NCBI GenBank assembly: GCA_030390025.1
Contig: JASTWF010000033.1
Span: 3,660,001 to 3,724,000 of the forward strand
Length of the DNA stretch: 64,000 nt
Reading direction: 5' to 3'
From: Squalus acanthias
Lineage: Eukaryota
Part shown: positions 1-11,827 of the stretch, piece by piece
Position numbering within the stretch: position 1 is the first letter of the stretch
How the letters are laid out: each line of letters opens with the position of its first letter
Program-made: the position numbers and the translations under genes
Notes under the pieces: model-generated
The model's database searches: none
Told to the model about the DNA's origin: nothing
What the model saw: only the letters and a program-made list of their open reading frames with translations

Positions 1-480
1 CTGGACAGACTAGATGCAGGAAGGATGTTCCCGATGGTGGGGGAGTCCAGAACCAGGGGTCACAATCTAAGGATAAGGGGTAAGCCATTTAGGTTTGAGA
101 TGAGGAGGAATTTCTTCACCCAGAGAGTGGTGAACCTGTGGAATTCTCTACCACAGAAGACAGTTGAGTCCAATTCATTAAATATATTCAAGAAGGAGTT
201 AGTTATATTTCTTAAGGCTAAGGTGATCAAGGGATATGGGGAGAAAGCAGGGACAGGGTACTGAATTTGGATGATCAGCCATGATCGCATTGAATGGCGG
301 AGCAGGCTCGAGGGGCCGAATGGCCTACTCCTGCTCCTATTTTCTATGTTTCTATCCCAGTGGCAGGAAACGGCTATTGAGGTCGATGATCAGCCATGAT
401 TTTATTGAATGGCGGAGCTGGTTCGAGGGGCCGAATGGGCTACTCCTGCTCCTATTTCTGATGTTCTTTTGTTCATATAT
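1..480 (+). mobile_element. CR1 LINE 3' end (ORF2 C-terminus to 264 plus two successive HE1/HER1-type tails)
   Basis: ORF 25-264 carries TRGHNLRI..FFTQRVVNLWNSLP, the CR1 ORF2 C-terminus. It is followed by GATCAGCCATGAT..GAATGGCGGAGCAGGCTCGAGGGGCCGAATGGCCTACTCCTGCTCCTAT and a (TTCTATGT)n tail; a second tail copy lies at ~384-480. Confidence 0.9.
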
Positions 481-730
481 AAGTTGAAATGCATTGATAA
501 TGCTTTGGTTCCTACTGAACTGCACCAACAGAAACAGATGTTAACTAATTACTGACAGGTAAACAGCAGGACAGCAGTGTTACAGTATTCAAATCCTCTC
601 TATATTGACTTATTCTTACTCTAAGTAGAGTTATTGTAATTACTTTAATTGTTTTGGTGCTGATTAATCACCTTCCCCCAACACCGCCCTGAGAATCTGT
701 GGTTCATGAGAACTGAATTTCATTATGTTA

Positions 731-2050
731 CATAGAAGCATCGAAGATAGGAGCAGGAGTAGTTCATTCGGCCCATCGAGCCTGCTCCGCCATTTAATGA
801 GATCATGGCTGATCATCCAAATTTAGTACCCTGACCCTGCTTTCTCCCCATATCCCTTGATCCCTTTAGCCTTAAGAAATATATCTATCTCCTTCTTGAA
901 TATATTTGAAGAATTGGCCTCAATTGCCTTATGTGGTAGAGAATTCCACAGGTTCAACACTCTCTGGGTGAAGAAATTCCTCCTCATCTCAGTTCTAAAT
1001 GGCTTACCCCTTATCCTTAGACTGTGACCCCTGGTTCTGGACTCCCCCGCCACCGGGAACATCCTTCCTGCATCTAGACTGTCTAGTCCTGTTAGAATTT
1101 TATAAGTTTCAATGAGATCCCCTCTCATTCTTCGAAACTCTAGCGAATATACGCCTAATCGACCCTATTTCTCTTCATACTTCATTCCTGCCATCCCAGG
1201 TATCAGTCTGGTAAATCTTCGCTGCACTCCCTCCTAAGAAAGAACATCCTTCCTCAGATAAGGCGACCAAAACTGCACACAATACTCATGGTGTAACTCA
1301 CCAACTTGTACAACTGCAGCAAGACATCCGTGCTCCTGTACTCGAATGCTCTCGCTATGAAGGCCAACATACCATTTGCCTTCTTATCCGCCTGCTGCAC
1401 CTGCATGCTTACCTTCAGCGACTGGTGCACAAGGACTCCCAGATAACGTTGCACTTCCGCTTTTCCCAATCTATTGCCGTTCAGATAATAATCTGCCTTC
1501 CTCTTTTTGCAACCAAAGTGGATAACCTCGCATTTATCCACATTATACTGCATCTGCCATGCATCTGCCTAATCACCCATACTGTCCAAATCATACCGGA
1601 GTTTCTCTGCATCCTCCTCACAGCACACACGCCTACCCAGCTTTGTGTCGTCTGCAAACTTAGAGATATTACAACTAGTTCCCTCGTCTAGATCATTAAT
1701 ATATATTGTGAATAGCTGGGGTCCTAGCACCGATCCCTGTGGTACCCCACTAGTCTCTGCCTGCCACTCGGCAAAAGACGCGTTTATTCCAACTCTTTGC
1801 TTCCTGTCTGTCAACCAGTTCTCTATCCAAATCAGTACCTTACCCCCAATCCCATGTGCTTTAAATTTTCACGCTAATCTCTTATGCGGGACCTTATCGA
1901 AAACCTTCTGAAAGTCCAAATACACCACATCCACTATTTCTCCCTTATCTATTCTACCAGATACATCCTCCAAAAATTCCAGTAGATTAGTCAGGCATGA
2001 TTTCCCTTTTGTAAATCCATGTTGACTTTGTCCGATCCTGTCACTGTTTT
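731..2050 (-). mobile_element. Old CR1 copy, 3' piece (continues at 11063-11267 and 33475-33600)
   Basis: Broken ORF2 pieces at 823-1128, 1254-1553 and 1569-1814 ([15 protein letters not shown]). The reading joins ..HLEN at 11063 to [11 protein letters not shown] at 2045. Confidence 0.9.
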
Positions 2051-2147
2051 AGAAACATAGAAACATAGAAAATAGGTGCAGGAGTAGACCATTCGGTCCT
2101 TCGAGCCTGCACCGCCATTCAATGCGTTCATGGCTGAACATGCTACC

Positions 2148-5083
2148 TCAGTACCCCATTCCTGCTTTCTCGCCATACCCCTTGATCCCCCTAGTTTGTG
2201 AGTATTATATCTAACTCCCTTTTGAATATATTTAGCGAACTGGTCTCAACAACCTTCTGTGGTAGAGAATTCCACAGATTCACCACTCTCTGGGTGAAGA
2301 AGTTCCTCCTCATCTCAGTCTTAAATGGCTTCCCCTTTATCCTTAGACTGTGACCCCTGGTTTTAGTTTTCCCTAACATTGGAAACTTTCTGCCCGCATC
2401 TAATTTGTCTAAACCAGTCAGGATTTTAAACGTCTCTCTAAGATCCCCCCTCATTCTTCTGAAGTCCAGAGGATACAAGTTCAGTTGATCCAGTCTTTCT
2501 TGATATGTCAGTCTGGCCATCCCAGGAATCAATCTAGTGAACCTTCGTTGCACTCCCTCAATAGCAAGAATGTCCTTCCTCAAGTTATGAGACTAAAACT
2601 GCACACAATACTACAGGTGTGGCCTCACCAAGGCCCTGTACAACTGTAGCATCACCTCCCTACTCCTGTACTCAAATCCCCTTGCTATGAAGGCCATCAT
2701 GCCATTTGCTTTCTTGACTGCCTGCTGCACTTGCCTTCCCACCTTCAGTGACTGATGTACCATGACGCCCAGGTCTCGTTCCACCTCCCCTTTCCCTAAT
2801 CTGCCACCATTCAGGTAATAGTCTGCCTCCCTATTTTTACCACCAAAGTGGATAACCTCACATTTATCCACATTGTACTTCATCTGCCATACATTTGCCC
2901 ATTCACCCAACCTGTCCAAGTCACTCTGTAGCCTCCTAGCATCCTCCTCATTGTTCACACTGCCTCCCAATTTAGTGCCATCCGCAAATTTGGAGATATT
3001 ACAATTAATCCCTTCGTCCAAATAATTAATATATAATGTAAACAGCTGGGGCCCCAGCACCGAACCCTGCGGTACCCCGCTGGTCACTGCCTGCCATTCT
3101 GAAAAGTACCCATTTACTCCTACTCTTTGTTTCCTGTGTGCCAACCAGTTCTCAATCCACGTCAACACATTACCCCCAATCCCATGTGCTGTAACTTTGC
3201 ACACCAATCTCTTGTGTGGGACCTTGTCGAAGGCCTTCTGAAAGTCCAAATACACCACATCTACTGGTTCCCCCCCGTCCACTCTATTGGAAAAATCCAC
3301 AAAAAATTCCAGAAGATTTGTCAAGCATGATTTCCCTTTCACAAATCGATGCTGACTTGGACCTATCATGTCGCCACTTTCCAAATGGTCTGTTATGACA
3401 TCTTTAATAATTGATTCCATCATTTTACCCACCACTGATGTCAGGCTGACCGGTCTATAATTCCCTGCTGTCTCCCTCCCTCCTTTTTTAAAAAGAGGGG
3501 TTACATTAGCCACCCTCCACTCCTTCGGAACTGATCCAGAGTCTAAGGAATGTTGGAAAATGATCGTCAATGCATCCACTATTTCCAAGGCCACCTCCTT
3601 AATACTCTGGGATGCAGACCATCAGGCCCTGGGGATTTATCAGCCTTCAGTCCCATCAATTTCCCCAACACCTTTTCCCGACTGATAAGGATTTCCCTCA
3701 GCTCCTCCCTCTTACCAGATCCTTTGATCTCTTTTATTTCCGGAATGTTGTTTGTGTCCTCCACAGTAAACACCGAACCAAAGTACTTGTTCAATTGATC
3801 TGCCATTTCTTTGTTCCCCATTATGACTTCCCCTGTTTCTGACTGCAGGGGACCTACGTTTGTTTTTACTAACATCTTTCTTTTTACATATTTATAGAAG
3901 CTTTTGCAGTCCGTTTTAATGTTCTCCGCAAGCTTCCTTTCATATTTTATTTTCCCTGCCCTAATCAAACCCTTCGTCCTCCTCTGCTGAGTTTTAATGT
4001 TCTTCCAGTCCCCGGGTTTGCTGCTACTTCTGACCAATTTGTATGCCACTTCCTTGCTTTAATACTATCCCTGATTTCCCTTGTTAGCCATGGTTGAGCC
4101 ACCTTCCCTTTTTTATTTTTACGCTAGACAGGGATGTACAATTGCTGTAGTTCATCCATGCGATCTGTAAATGTCTGCCATTGCCCTTCCACTGATAACC
4201 CCTTAAATATCGCTTGCCAATCTAACCTCGCCAATTCACGCCTCATACCCTCAAAGTTGCCCTTATTTGAGTTCTGGACCATGGTCTCTGAATTAACTGT
4301 TTCCTTCTCCATCCTAATGTAGAACTCCACCATACTATGGTCACTATTCCCCAAGGGGCCTCGCAGCACAAGATAGCTGATTAGTCCTTCCTCACTACAC
4401 AACACCCAGTCCAGGATGGCCTCCCCTCTAGTTGGTTCCTCAAAATATTGATTTAGGAAACCATCCCTTAAACACTCCAGGAAATCCTCCTCCACCGTAT
4501 TGCTTCCAGTTTGAGTAGCCCGATCTATATGCATATTAAAGTCGCCCATGATAACTGCTGCGCCTTTTTTGCATGCACCTCTGATTTCCTGATTCATACC
4601 CTCCCCCACCTCACTACTTCTGTTTGGAGGTCTGTACACAACCTCCACTAACGTTTTCTCCCCTTTGGTGTTCTGCAACTCAACCCATATTGAATCCACA
4701 TCCTCCAAGCTAATGTCCTTCATAGCTATTGCATTAATCTCCTTTTTAATCAGTAATGCTACCCCACCCCCTTTTCCTTTTATTCTATCCTTCCTGAATG
4801 TTGAATACCCCTGGATATTCAGTTCCCAGCATTGATTGTTCTGGAGCCACGTCTCTGTAATCCCAATCACATCTTATCCGTTAACATCAATTTGCACAGT
4901 CAATTCATTCACCTTATTACGGATACTCCTTGCATTAAGACACAGAGCCTTTAGGCTTGTTTTATTAACACCCTTTGTCCTTTTAGACTTATGATTTAGT
5001 ATGGCCCTTTGTGTTTCTTGCCTTTGTTTACTCGGATTTCCCTTATTGTTTCTCACCCTTCTAACATTTGTTTCTGACTGCAT
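2148..5083 (-). pseudogene. CR1 ORF2 (APE endonuclease + reverse transcriptase), disrupted
   Basis: LCLNARSI, GITETWL, VYRPP, GDFN and SDH (APE); [16 protein letters not shown] and GVPQGS (RT). Several stops and frameshifts. Confidence 0.92.
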
Positions 5084-5130
5084 ATTACTTCCCCCTGTTT
5101 CGCTACATAGGTTTCCATTCCCCTGCCATA

Positions 5131-6075
5131 TTAGTTTAAATCCTCCCGAACTGCCTTAGCAAATATTACCCCGAGGACATCGGTTCCAGTCCTGCCCAAG
5201 TGCAGACCGTCCCTTTTGTACAGGTCCCACTTCCCCCAGAACTGGTTCCAATGCCTCAGGTATTTGAATCCCTCCCTCCTGCACCACTGCTCAAGCCACG
5301 TATTTAATCTCGCTATCCTGTTCATGTTACTCTGATTAGCACGTGGCACTGGTAGCAACCCAGAGATTGCTACCTTTGAGGTCCTACTTTTTAATTTAGC
5401 TCCTAGCTCACTAAATTCTGCTTGTAGGACCACTTCCCGCTTTTTACCAATATCGTTGGTACCTACATGCACCACGACAGCTGGCTCTTCACCCTCCCTT
5501 TCCAGAATGTTCTGCAGCCGCTCCGAGACATCCTTGACCCTTGCACCAGGGAGGCAACATACCATCCTGGAATCTCGGTTGCGGCCTCAGAAACTCCTGT
5601 CTATTCCCCTTACAATTGAGTATACTATCACTATAGCTCTACCACTCTTCTTCCCGCCCTGCTGTGCAGCAGAGCCAGCCATGGTGCCATGAACCTGGCT
5701 GCTGGTGCCTTCCCCTGGTAGGTCATTTCCCCCAACAGTATCCAAAACGGTATATCTGTTTTGGAGATGGACGACCGCAGGGGACTCCTGCACTTCCTTC
5801 CTGATATTGCCCTGCCTCTTGGTCACCCATTTACTGTCTGACCTTGCCTTTACCCGCAGTGTGTTCCACTCACTAAATGAGTAATCCACAAAGTTCTCGG
5901 CATCGTGGATGCTCCAGAGTGAGTCCATCCGCAGCTCCAGTGCCGCCATGCGGTCCGTCAGGAGCTGCAGCTGGACGCACTTCCTGCACACATAGTTGTC
6001 AGGGACACTGGAAGTGTCCCTGATTTCCCACATAGCACAGGAGGAGTACGACACGGATCCGAGATTTCCTGCCAT
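5131..6075 (-). pseudogene. CR1 ORF1 (zinc finger/coiled coil + SGNH esterase-like domain), one in-frame stop
   Basis: CAMW..YVCRKC finger and leucine-rich helix, then esterase blocks CLPGA, HVGTND and DGLHL. ORFs 5587-6075 and 5131-5565 are in the same frame. Confidence 0.88.
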
Positions 6076-6274
6076 GACTTAACCCTTATATTACTTTATT
6101 AAGTTAAGTCCCTGAAAACAAAATATATATCGAACCTACCTTTTAAATTCCCTCTACCCCGTAAGGTTAGAGGAGGTGGGAAGTTGGGAGACACTACTAG
6201 TGTAGTGTCTCGGGATTAGCAACAGCTCCACCTATATACGGGTACCAATGAATTGGCCCCGCCCTCTGACTTTG

Positions 6275-6655
6275 ACCCCTGCTGATTGATTAGAAAACTG
6301 GTTTCCACTGCCTGCTGTGCCAATTTACTGCTACTGCAGTGTAACCTTCTTTTACTCTTCTTAAACCAACAGAATCCCAAATACTTAACTTTTCCCCTTC
6401 ACTTAAACTGCTTAAGTACTCTTATCAAGAATGATTTAAAGAGAACTATCAATTAAAGAACTACTCCCACTTACCCAAACTCACAGCACGCTCTGCTGAC
6501 TTGCACTCAGTGCTGGCTCGCACTCACACTGGTCTTTTTATACTGTTTGTTTACATCCAAATGAGTCACCCCTGCTGATTGATTAGAAAACTGTTTTCCA
6601 CTGCCTGCTATGCCAATTTATTGCTGCTGCAGTGTAACCTTGTTTTACTCTTCTT
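6275..6655 (-). repeat. CR1 5' UTR tandem monomer (~293 bp), first 1.3 copies
   Basis: ACCCCTGCTGATTGATTAGAAAACTG recurs at 6275 and 6568. Further pieces lie at 8870-9049, 10882-11060 and, inverted, 11265-11605. Confidence 0.85.
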
Positions 6656-6899
6656 TTTTTTTTACTCTTCTTCCTTCTTTTTTATTCAAATACAATAATA
6701 CCTGTACAACTCATCAATTACATAGTAAATCCATTACATAGTAGATCCATTACATTCATCCATCACAGTAAAAAAATAAAGCCTTAAAAACAGCCTTATA
6801 ATTAATAGAATTGCAATGATTACATTTACAAATAATCAATAATGTTTAAAGTACAAATACCCTTAAACAATTACACACAACTTTTTAGATTTACAACAA

Positions 6900-7790
6900 T
6901 AAGTGTAAGTTCCAATGTGCTTGCGTTCGCTCGAATCGTTCGTTCGACCACTACCTCCCAAGAGGTCGTTCGTTCGATCAAGTGTAAGTTCCATTATGTA
7001 TGTCTGAATGTGTGCGTGCGTAGCATAGTCTCAGTGCGCGCCTGCGTGCGTTCGCTCGAATCGTTCGAATAATCACTTGTGCAGTGACAGGATGTTCGAT
7101 CGAGTGTAAGTTCCAATATGCATGAATGCGTTCTCTCGAATCGTTCGAATGATCACTTGTGCAGTGAAAGGATGCTCGATCAAATGTAAGTTCCAATATA
7201 CATGAATACGTTCGCTCGAATCGTTCGAATGATCACTTATGCAGTGACAGAACGTTCGATCGAGTGTAAGTTCCAATATGCATGAACGCATTCGCTCGAA
7301 TCGTTCGAATCACTTGTGCAGTGACAACGTTCGATCGAATGTAAATTCCAAAATGCATGAATGCATTCACTCGAATCTTTAGAATCACTTATGCAGTGAC
7401 AGAACGTTCGATCGAATGTAAGTTCCAAAATGCATGAATGCGTTCGCTCGAATCGTTCGAATGATCACTTATGCAGTGAAAGAACGTTCGATCGAGTGTA
7501 ATTTCCAATATGCATGAATGCGTTCGCTCGAATCGTTCGAATCACTTATGCAGTGACAGAACCTTCGATCGAATGTAAATTCCAATATGCATGAATGTAT
7601 TCGCTCGAATCGTTCGAATCACTTGTGCAGTGACAGAACGTTCGATCGAATGTAAGTTCCAATATGCATGAATGCGTTCACTCGAATCGTTCGAATAATC
7701 ACTTGTGCAGTGACAGAACGTTCGATCGAGTGTAAGTTCCAATATGCATGAATGCGTTCGCTCGAATCGTTCGTCCATTCGTTCACTCAA
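6900..7790. repeat. CpG-rich tandem array, ~75-80-bp unit, ~11 copies
   Basis: Unit TCGAGTGTAAGTTCCAATATGCATGAATGCGTTCGCTCGAATCGTTCGAATGATCACTTGTGCAGTGACAGAACGTTCGA. Copies start near 7101, 7181, 7261, 7336, 7413, 7493, 7570, 7647 and 7727. Confidence 0.95.
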
Positions 7791-8613
7791 GCGTCCGTTC
7801 ATTCAATAATTTACCAATATTAATTTACTTTATCTTTTCAGCCACACCCAATACTAGACAATAACCTCAAAGTAAATTCCTACATAACCACCAATACATC
7901 ACCATGTGCAAATTCCCACAGTCCTTATCAGAAAATCAATTAAGCTTCAAGTAAACTGCTTTCAAACAGAAAACCTGAAACCTTCCCAACAAAACAATTA
8001 AATACCAGTTCTACGCCAGTCCTTTTGGCAATCCATTAACGAATATCATTTGATGTTGTCCAACCATGTAAAGTCATAGTCCTTGTCCACAGCCTTCAGC
8101 CTTTCCACGGAAAAAGAAGCCACCCACTGCCTGAAATCCCGTAAAAAGACCAAACACTCAAATATTCTTCTGCATGCTGTTATTGCTCACGGGACCCAAC
8201 CATCAAAGAATACTCATCATTCCTTACTGATATTACTTTGCTCTGTCTTTTACTCTCCTTTTATTTTCCGTCTTTTAAGCATTCACATTTTCCATCTTGT
8301 AACCGTTCACACGCCACATGACAGATGGAAACAGTTTGTCTTTCCTCCACCAATATGGCGTCGCATAAACCGGTCCCATGACCAAGAAAAAGCCTCACAG
8401 CTGCCGCCAGACAGAGCAAATGCTGGGCCGTTGGAACGCACTCAGGTCCGAAACCATTCTGCAACTTTCAGAACCAGTGCAGCAATGATCACCAACTGCA
8501 TCTCCCGACTCCACCTCTGCCGACCAGCCGCCCCGCCCTGGGCACCCCGCCTGGGGTTCTCCGTGCTGGGCCTCCCACCCAGGCCACTCTCCTCCGGGTC
8601 TTCCACCTTGGGA

Positions 8614-8825
8614 CTTCTGCACCGGGCCCTCCGCACCGGCATTCCCCGCGAGCAGCCGGGGTGTGGAGCAGCCTGTTCACACAGCACCGAGTTGAAAATC
8701 TCACAGCCTTTCCTCACCGGGCCTTCTGCACCGGGCCTGCCACACTAGCATTCCCCGCAAGCAGCCAGGGTGTGGAGCTCACCCGTTCACACAGCACCGA
8801 GTTGAGCTGAGAATCTTGCAGCCTG
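8614..8825. repeat. Diverged direct repeat, 2 x ~110 bp
   Basis: CTTCTGCACCGGGCC..CATTCCCCGC..GGGTGTGGAGC..GTTCACACAGCACCGAGTTGA is present twice. Confidence 0.8.
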
Positions 8826-9049
8826 GGCCTGGATTTTGTCCATGGCTGGGACTGGGGTTGTGTCAGCCACACCCAAACTCACAGCACTCTCTGCTGACTT
8901 GCACTCAGTGCTGGCTCGCACTCACACTGGTCTTTTTATACTGTTTACAGCCAAATGAGTCACCCCTGCTGATTGGTTAGAAAACTGGTTTCCACTGCCT
9001 GCTGTGCCAATTTACTGCTACTGCAGTGTAACCTTGTTTTACTCTTCTT

Positions 9050-10881
9050 TCTCTATTTGATAAAACCAATTAAATAACTGTAACTCAGTAAAACTTTAAA
9101 GGAAACTTAACAAATCAAATTAAAATTTGGTAGTCCGGGGTGGCGATGCACTCCAGTCCCCACGGCGCCCACTGGTCGCAGAAAAACTCAAGCATGCCGG
9201 CGGACACCGCGTGCTCCATCTCCAGGGCCACCCGGGCGCGAACATGGCCGCGGAAGAGAGGCAGGCAATCGGGCCGAACGACCCCCTCGACCGCCCGCAG
9301 CCTGGACCAATTAATGGCTTTCTTAGCCAGGCGCAGGAGCAGTCCCACGAGGACGTCCTCCGACCTGCCCGCTCCCCTCCGCACCGGGTGACCGTAGATC
9401 AGGAGCGTGGGGCTGAAGTGCAACCAGAAATTGAGGAGCAGCCCCTTCAGGTAATGAAAGAGGGGCTGCAACCTCTCACACTCTATATGTACGTGAAAAA
9501 CGGACTCCTCCAGGCCGCAGAAATGGCAAGCAGCCTGGGAGTCCGTAAACCTACTTATCAACCTACTGCACGGGACTGCTCCGTGCAACACCCTCCAGGC
9601 CTAGTCCCCAATAGAACAAGGGAAGACTCCCGCGTAGAGAGCCCTCCATTGGGGACCTTCGCCTCCGCCGGACGGCAACATGGTACGCCAAGGCGTGTCC
9701 GGACGGAAGACGAAGATGGCAAAGTGGAGAGTGTGCAGCAGCAGCCCGTACAGGAAAAACCTCCGTGCGGGTTGAAAGGGCACGGAGGGCATTTCTCCAA
9801 GAAGGCTCAAGTGGTGAGGCGGCGGCTCCCGAGGGAGGATTCGGGGCCGGGCGCCGATAAGGAATTCCGTCCGAATGGGGGTCAGCTCGGACGAGATCGC
9901 CCCACGTGCTTGAGCCTCCTCGATACAACGAGTGGAGTCGGGGCCCAATGCCACTTTTAGTGACTCGATGGCTTTGACCGCGAGCCGGACGTTGATCCAA
10001 CCCATGCGCCTTGCCAACTCCTCTGGCGCCATCCAGCCCGCTCCTCCGCCATCGAGCAGGTCCCCGACTCTAGTCAACTTACCGGGTGCAGCCCTGCCCT
10101 CCGCCAGCCGACTGAACCCGCGTTCGAGGAGCTGCGGATTCCTGATCAGCGGCTCCCGAAGGACGGGCACCGGTCCTGACGGGGGAGAACTGCGCCTGGA
10201 GGCGACTCTGTTCCAAACCCATAGCAGTTTCTGGTAGAAGACAGGCAGCTCCCGCAGGCTGGCACGCGTGCCGCCCACTCTCACAAACAGGAGCTGCGTG
10301 TCGTAATTGAGGCCGTACAGCTGGCGGAAGAAATACGTCGCCAGCGCACGCCACCTAGGAGGATTCTCCACGTACAGGTATCTCTGCAGCGTCTGAAGAC
10401 AGAAAGTCGCCGCCTGGGTGCGAAGGCACACCAGCGCCTGACCGCCCTCCCTAAGCGGGAGACTCAGAACCGCGGCAGAGACCCAGTGCTTCCTTTTGTC
10501 CCAGAAGAAGTCGAAGAGCTTCTTCTGTATCTTGGCGACAAACGCAGGGGGAGGGATCAAAGTGACCAACCGGTACCACAACATGGCGGCCACCAGCTGG
10601 TTTATGACCAGCGCTCGACCCCTGTAGGACAACACTCGGAGCAGTCCCGTCCAGCGCCCTAGGCGATCGGTGACTTTGGCCTCCAGCACTTGCCAGTTCG
10701 CCGGCCAGGCGTCCTCGGCCGGGCTGAGGTAGACTCCCAGGTAGAGGAGGTGCGTTGTGCTCGAGGCGAAGGGCCTGAACTCCTCCGGCAGGGAGTCCAC
10801 CTGCCATGGGCCCACCAGGTGTCCAGAACATTTCTCCCAGTTGATCTTGGCGGAGGATGCGTCCGAGTAAATCTGCTGGCA
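9050..10881 (-). mobile_element. 5'-truncated Tx1-clade (L1 group) non-LTR retrotransposon with 14-bp TSD
   Basis: ORFs 9601-10815 and 9115-9591 are in frame (one stop): YLGVYL, LSYRGRALVINQL, LPLREGGQAL and a C-terminal CHFC..ESVFHVHIEC zinc finger. TSD GTTTTACTCTTCTT at 9036-9049 and 10882-10895. Confidence 0.88.
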
Positions 10882-11062
10882 GTTTTACTCTTCTTAAACC
10901 AACAGAATCCCAAATAGTTAACATTTCCCCTCCACTTAAACTGCTTAAGTACTCTTATCAAGAATGATTTAAAGAGAACTAACAATTAAAGAACTACTCC
11001 CACTTACCCAAACTCACAGCACGCTCTGCCGACTTGCACTCAGTGCTGGCTCGCACTCACAC

Positions 11063-11267
11063 GTTTTCCAAGTGCTCTGCTATTATATCTTTTATAATGG
11101 ACTCTAGCATTTTGCCCACTACCGATGTCAGTCTTACCGGTCTATAGTTCCCCGTTTTTTCTCTACCACCTTTTTTAAATAGTGGGGTTACATTAGCTAC
11201 GCTCCAATCCATGGGAACTGTTGCAGAATCTATAGAATTTTGAAAGATGACCAGCAATGCATCTACT
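11063..11267 (-). mobile_element. Old CR1 copy, middle piece
   Basis: DALLVIFQNS..PLFKKG..NYRPVRLTS..HLEN joins the 731-2050 and 33475-33600 pieces. Confidence 0.88.
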
Positions 11268-11827
11268 GAGTGCAAGTCAGCAGAGAGTGCTGAGTTTGTG
11301 TAAGTGTGAGTATTTCTTTAATTGTTAGTTCTCTTTAAATCATTCTTGATATGAGTACTTAAGCAGTTTAAGTGAAGGGGAAAAGTTAACTATTTGGGAT
11401 TCTGTTGGTTTAAGAACAGTAAAACAAGGTTACACTGAAGTAGGATTAAATTGGCACAGCAGGCAGTGGAAACCAGTTTTCTAATCAATCAGCAGGGGTG
11501 ACTCATTTGGCTGTAAACAAACAAACAGTAGAAAAAGACCAGTGTGAGTGAGAGCAAGCACTGAGTGCAAGTCAGCAGAGAGTGCTGAGTTTGGGTAAGT
11601 GTGATTACGGGTGAGTGGGGTGAAGGGTGCTCTTTTCAAACTTTAACTCTGGATTGTAGTTAATAAGGCCTTTCTGGTGCAGAGTGACTGTTGGAAAACC
11701 ATTTAACTGGTGTAATTTAGAGGGATTGATTTAATTTAAATCCAATTAATTAGAGGGGATACTAGCAGCTATAATCGGGCAGAGAGTGTCCATAACTAAG
11801 AATAAAAAAAATAATTAATTACATAGA

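Larger units (their letters stand above)
6656..8869 (-). mobile_element. Unclassified retroposed insertion with an internal tandem array
   Basis: It interrupts the monomer right after GTTTTACTCTTCTT and begins with T-runs and TTTATT (poly-A tail/AATAAA on minus). The monomer resumes at ~8870 with ~130 bp missing. No recognisable RT. Confidence 0.55.
2051..11062 (-). mobile_element. Full-length CR1 (ORF1+ORF2+monomeric 5' UTR) carrying two secondary insertions in its 5' UTR
   Basis: (AGAAACAT)n tail at 2051, ORF2, ORF1, then tandem ~293-bp monomers to 11060. The whole block is flanked by the duplication GTTTT (2046-2050 and 11063-11067) inside an older CR1. Confidence 0.85.

Noticed and set aside
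6900..7790. CRISPR-like palindromic array
   Set aside because: Head-to-tail units with no unique spacers, no cas genes and a vertebrate context.
8083..8748. 221-aa plus-strand ORF and overlapping GC-rich ORFs
   Set aside because: Non-ATG start, no recognisable domain and several frames open because of GC content.
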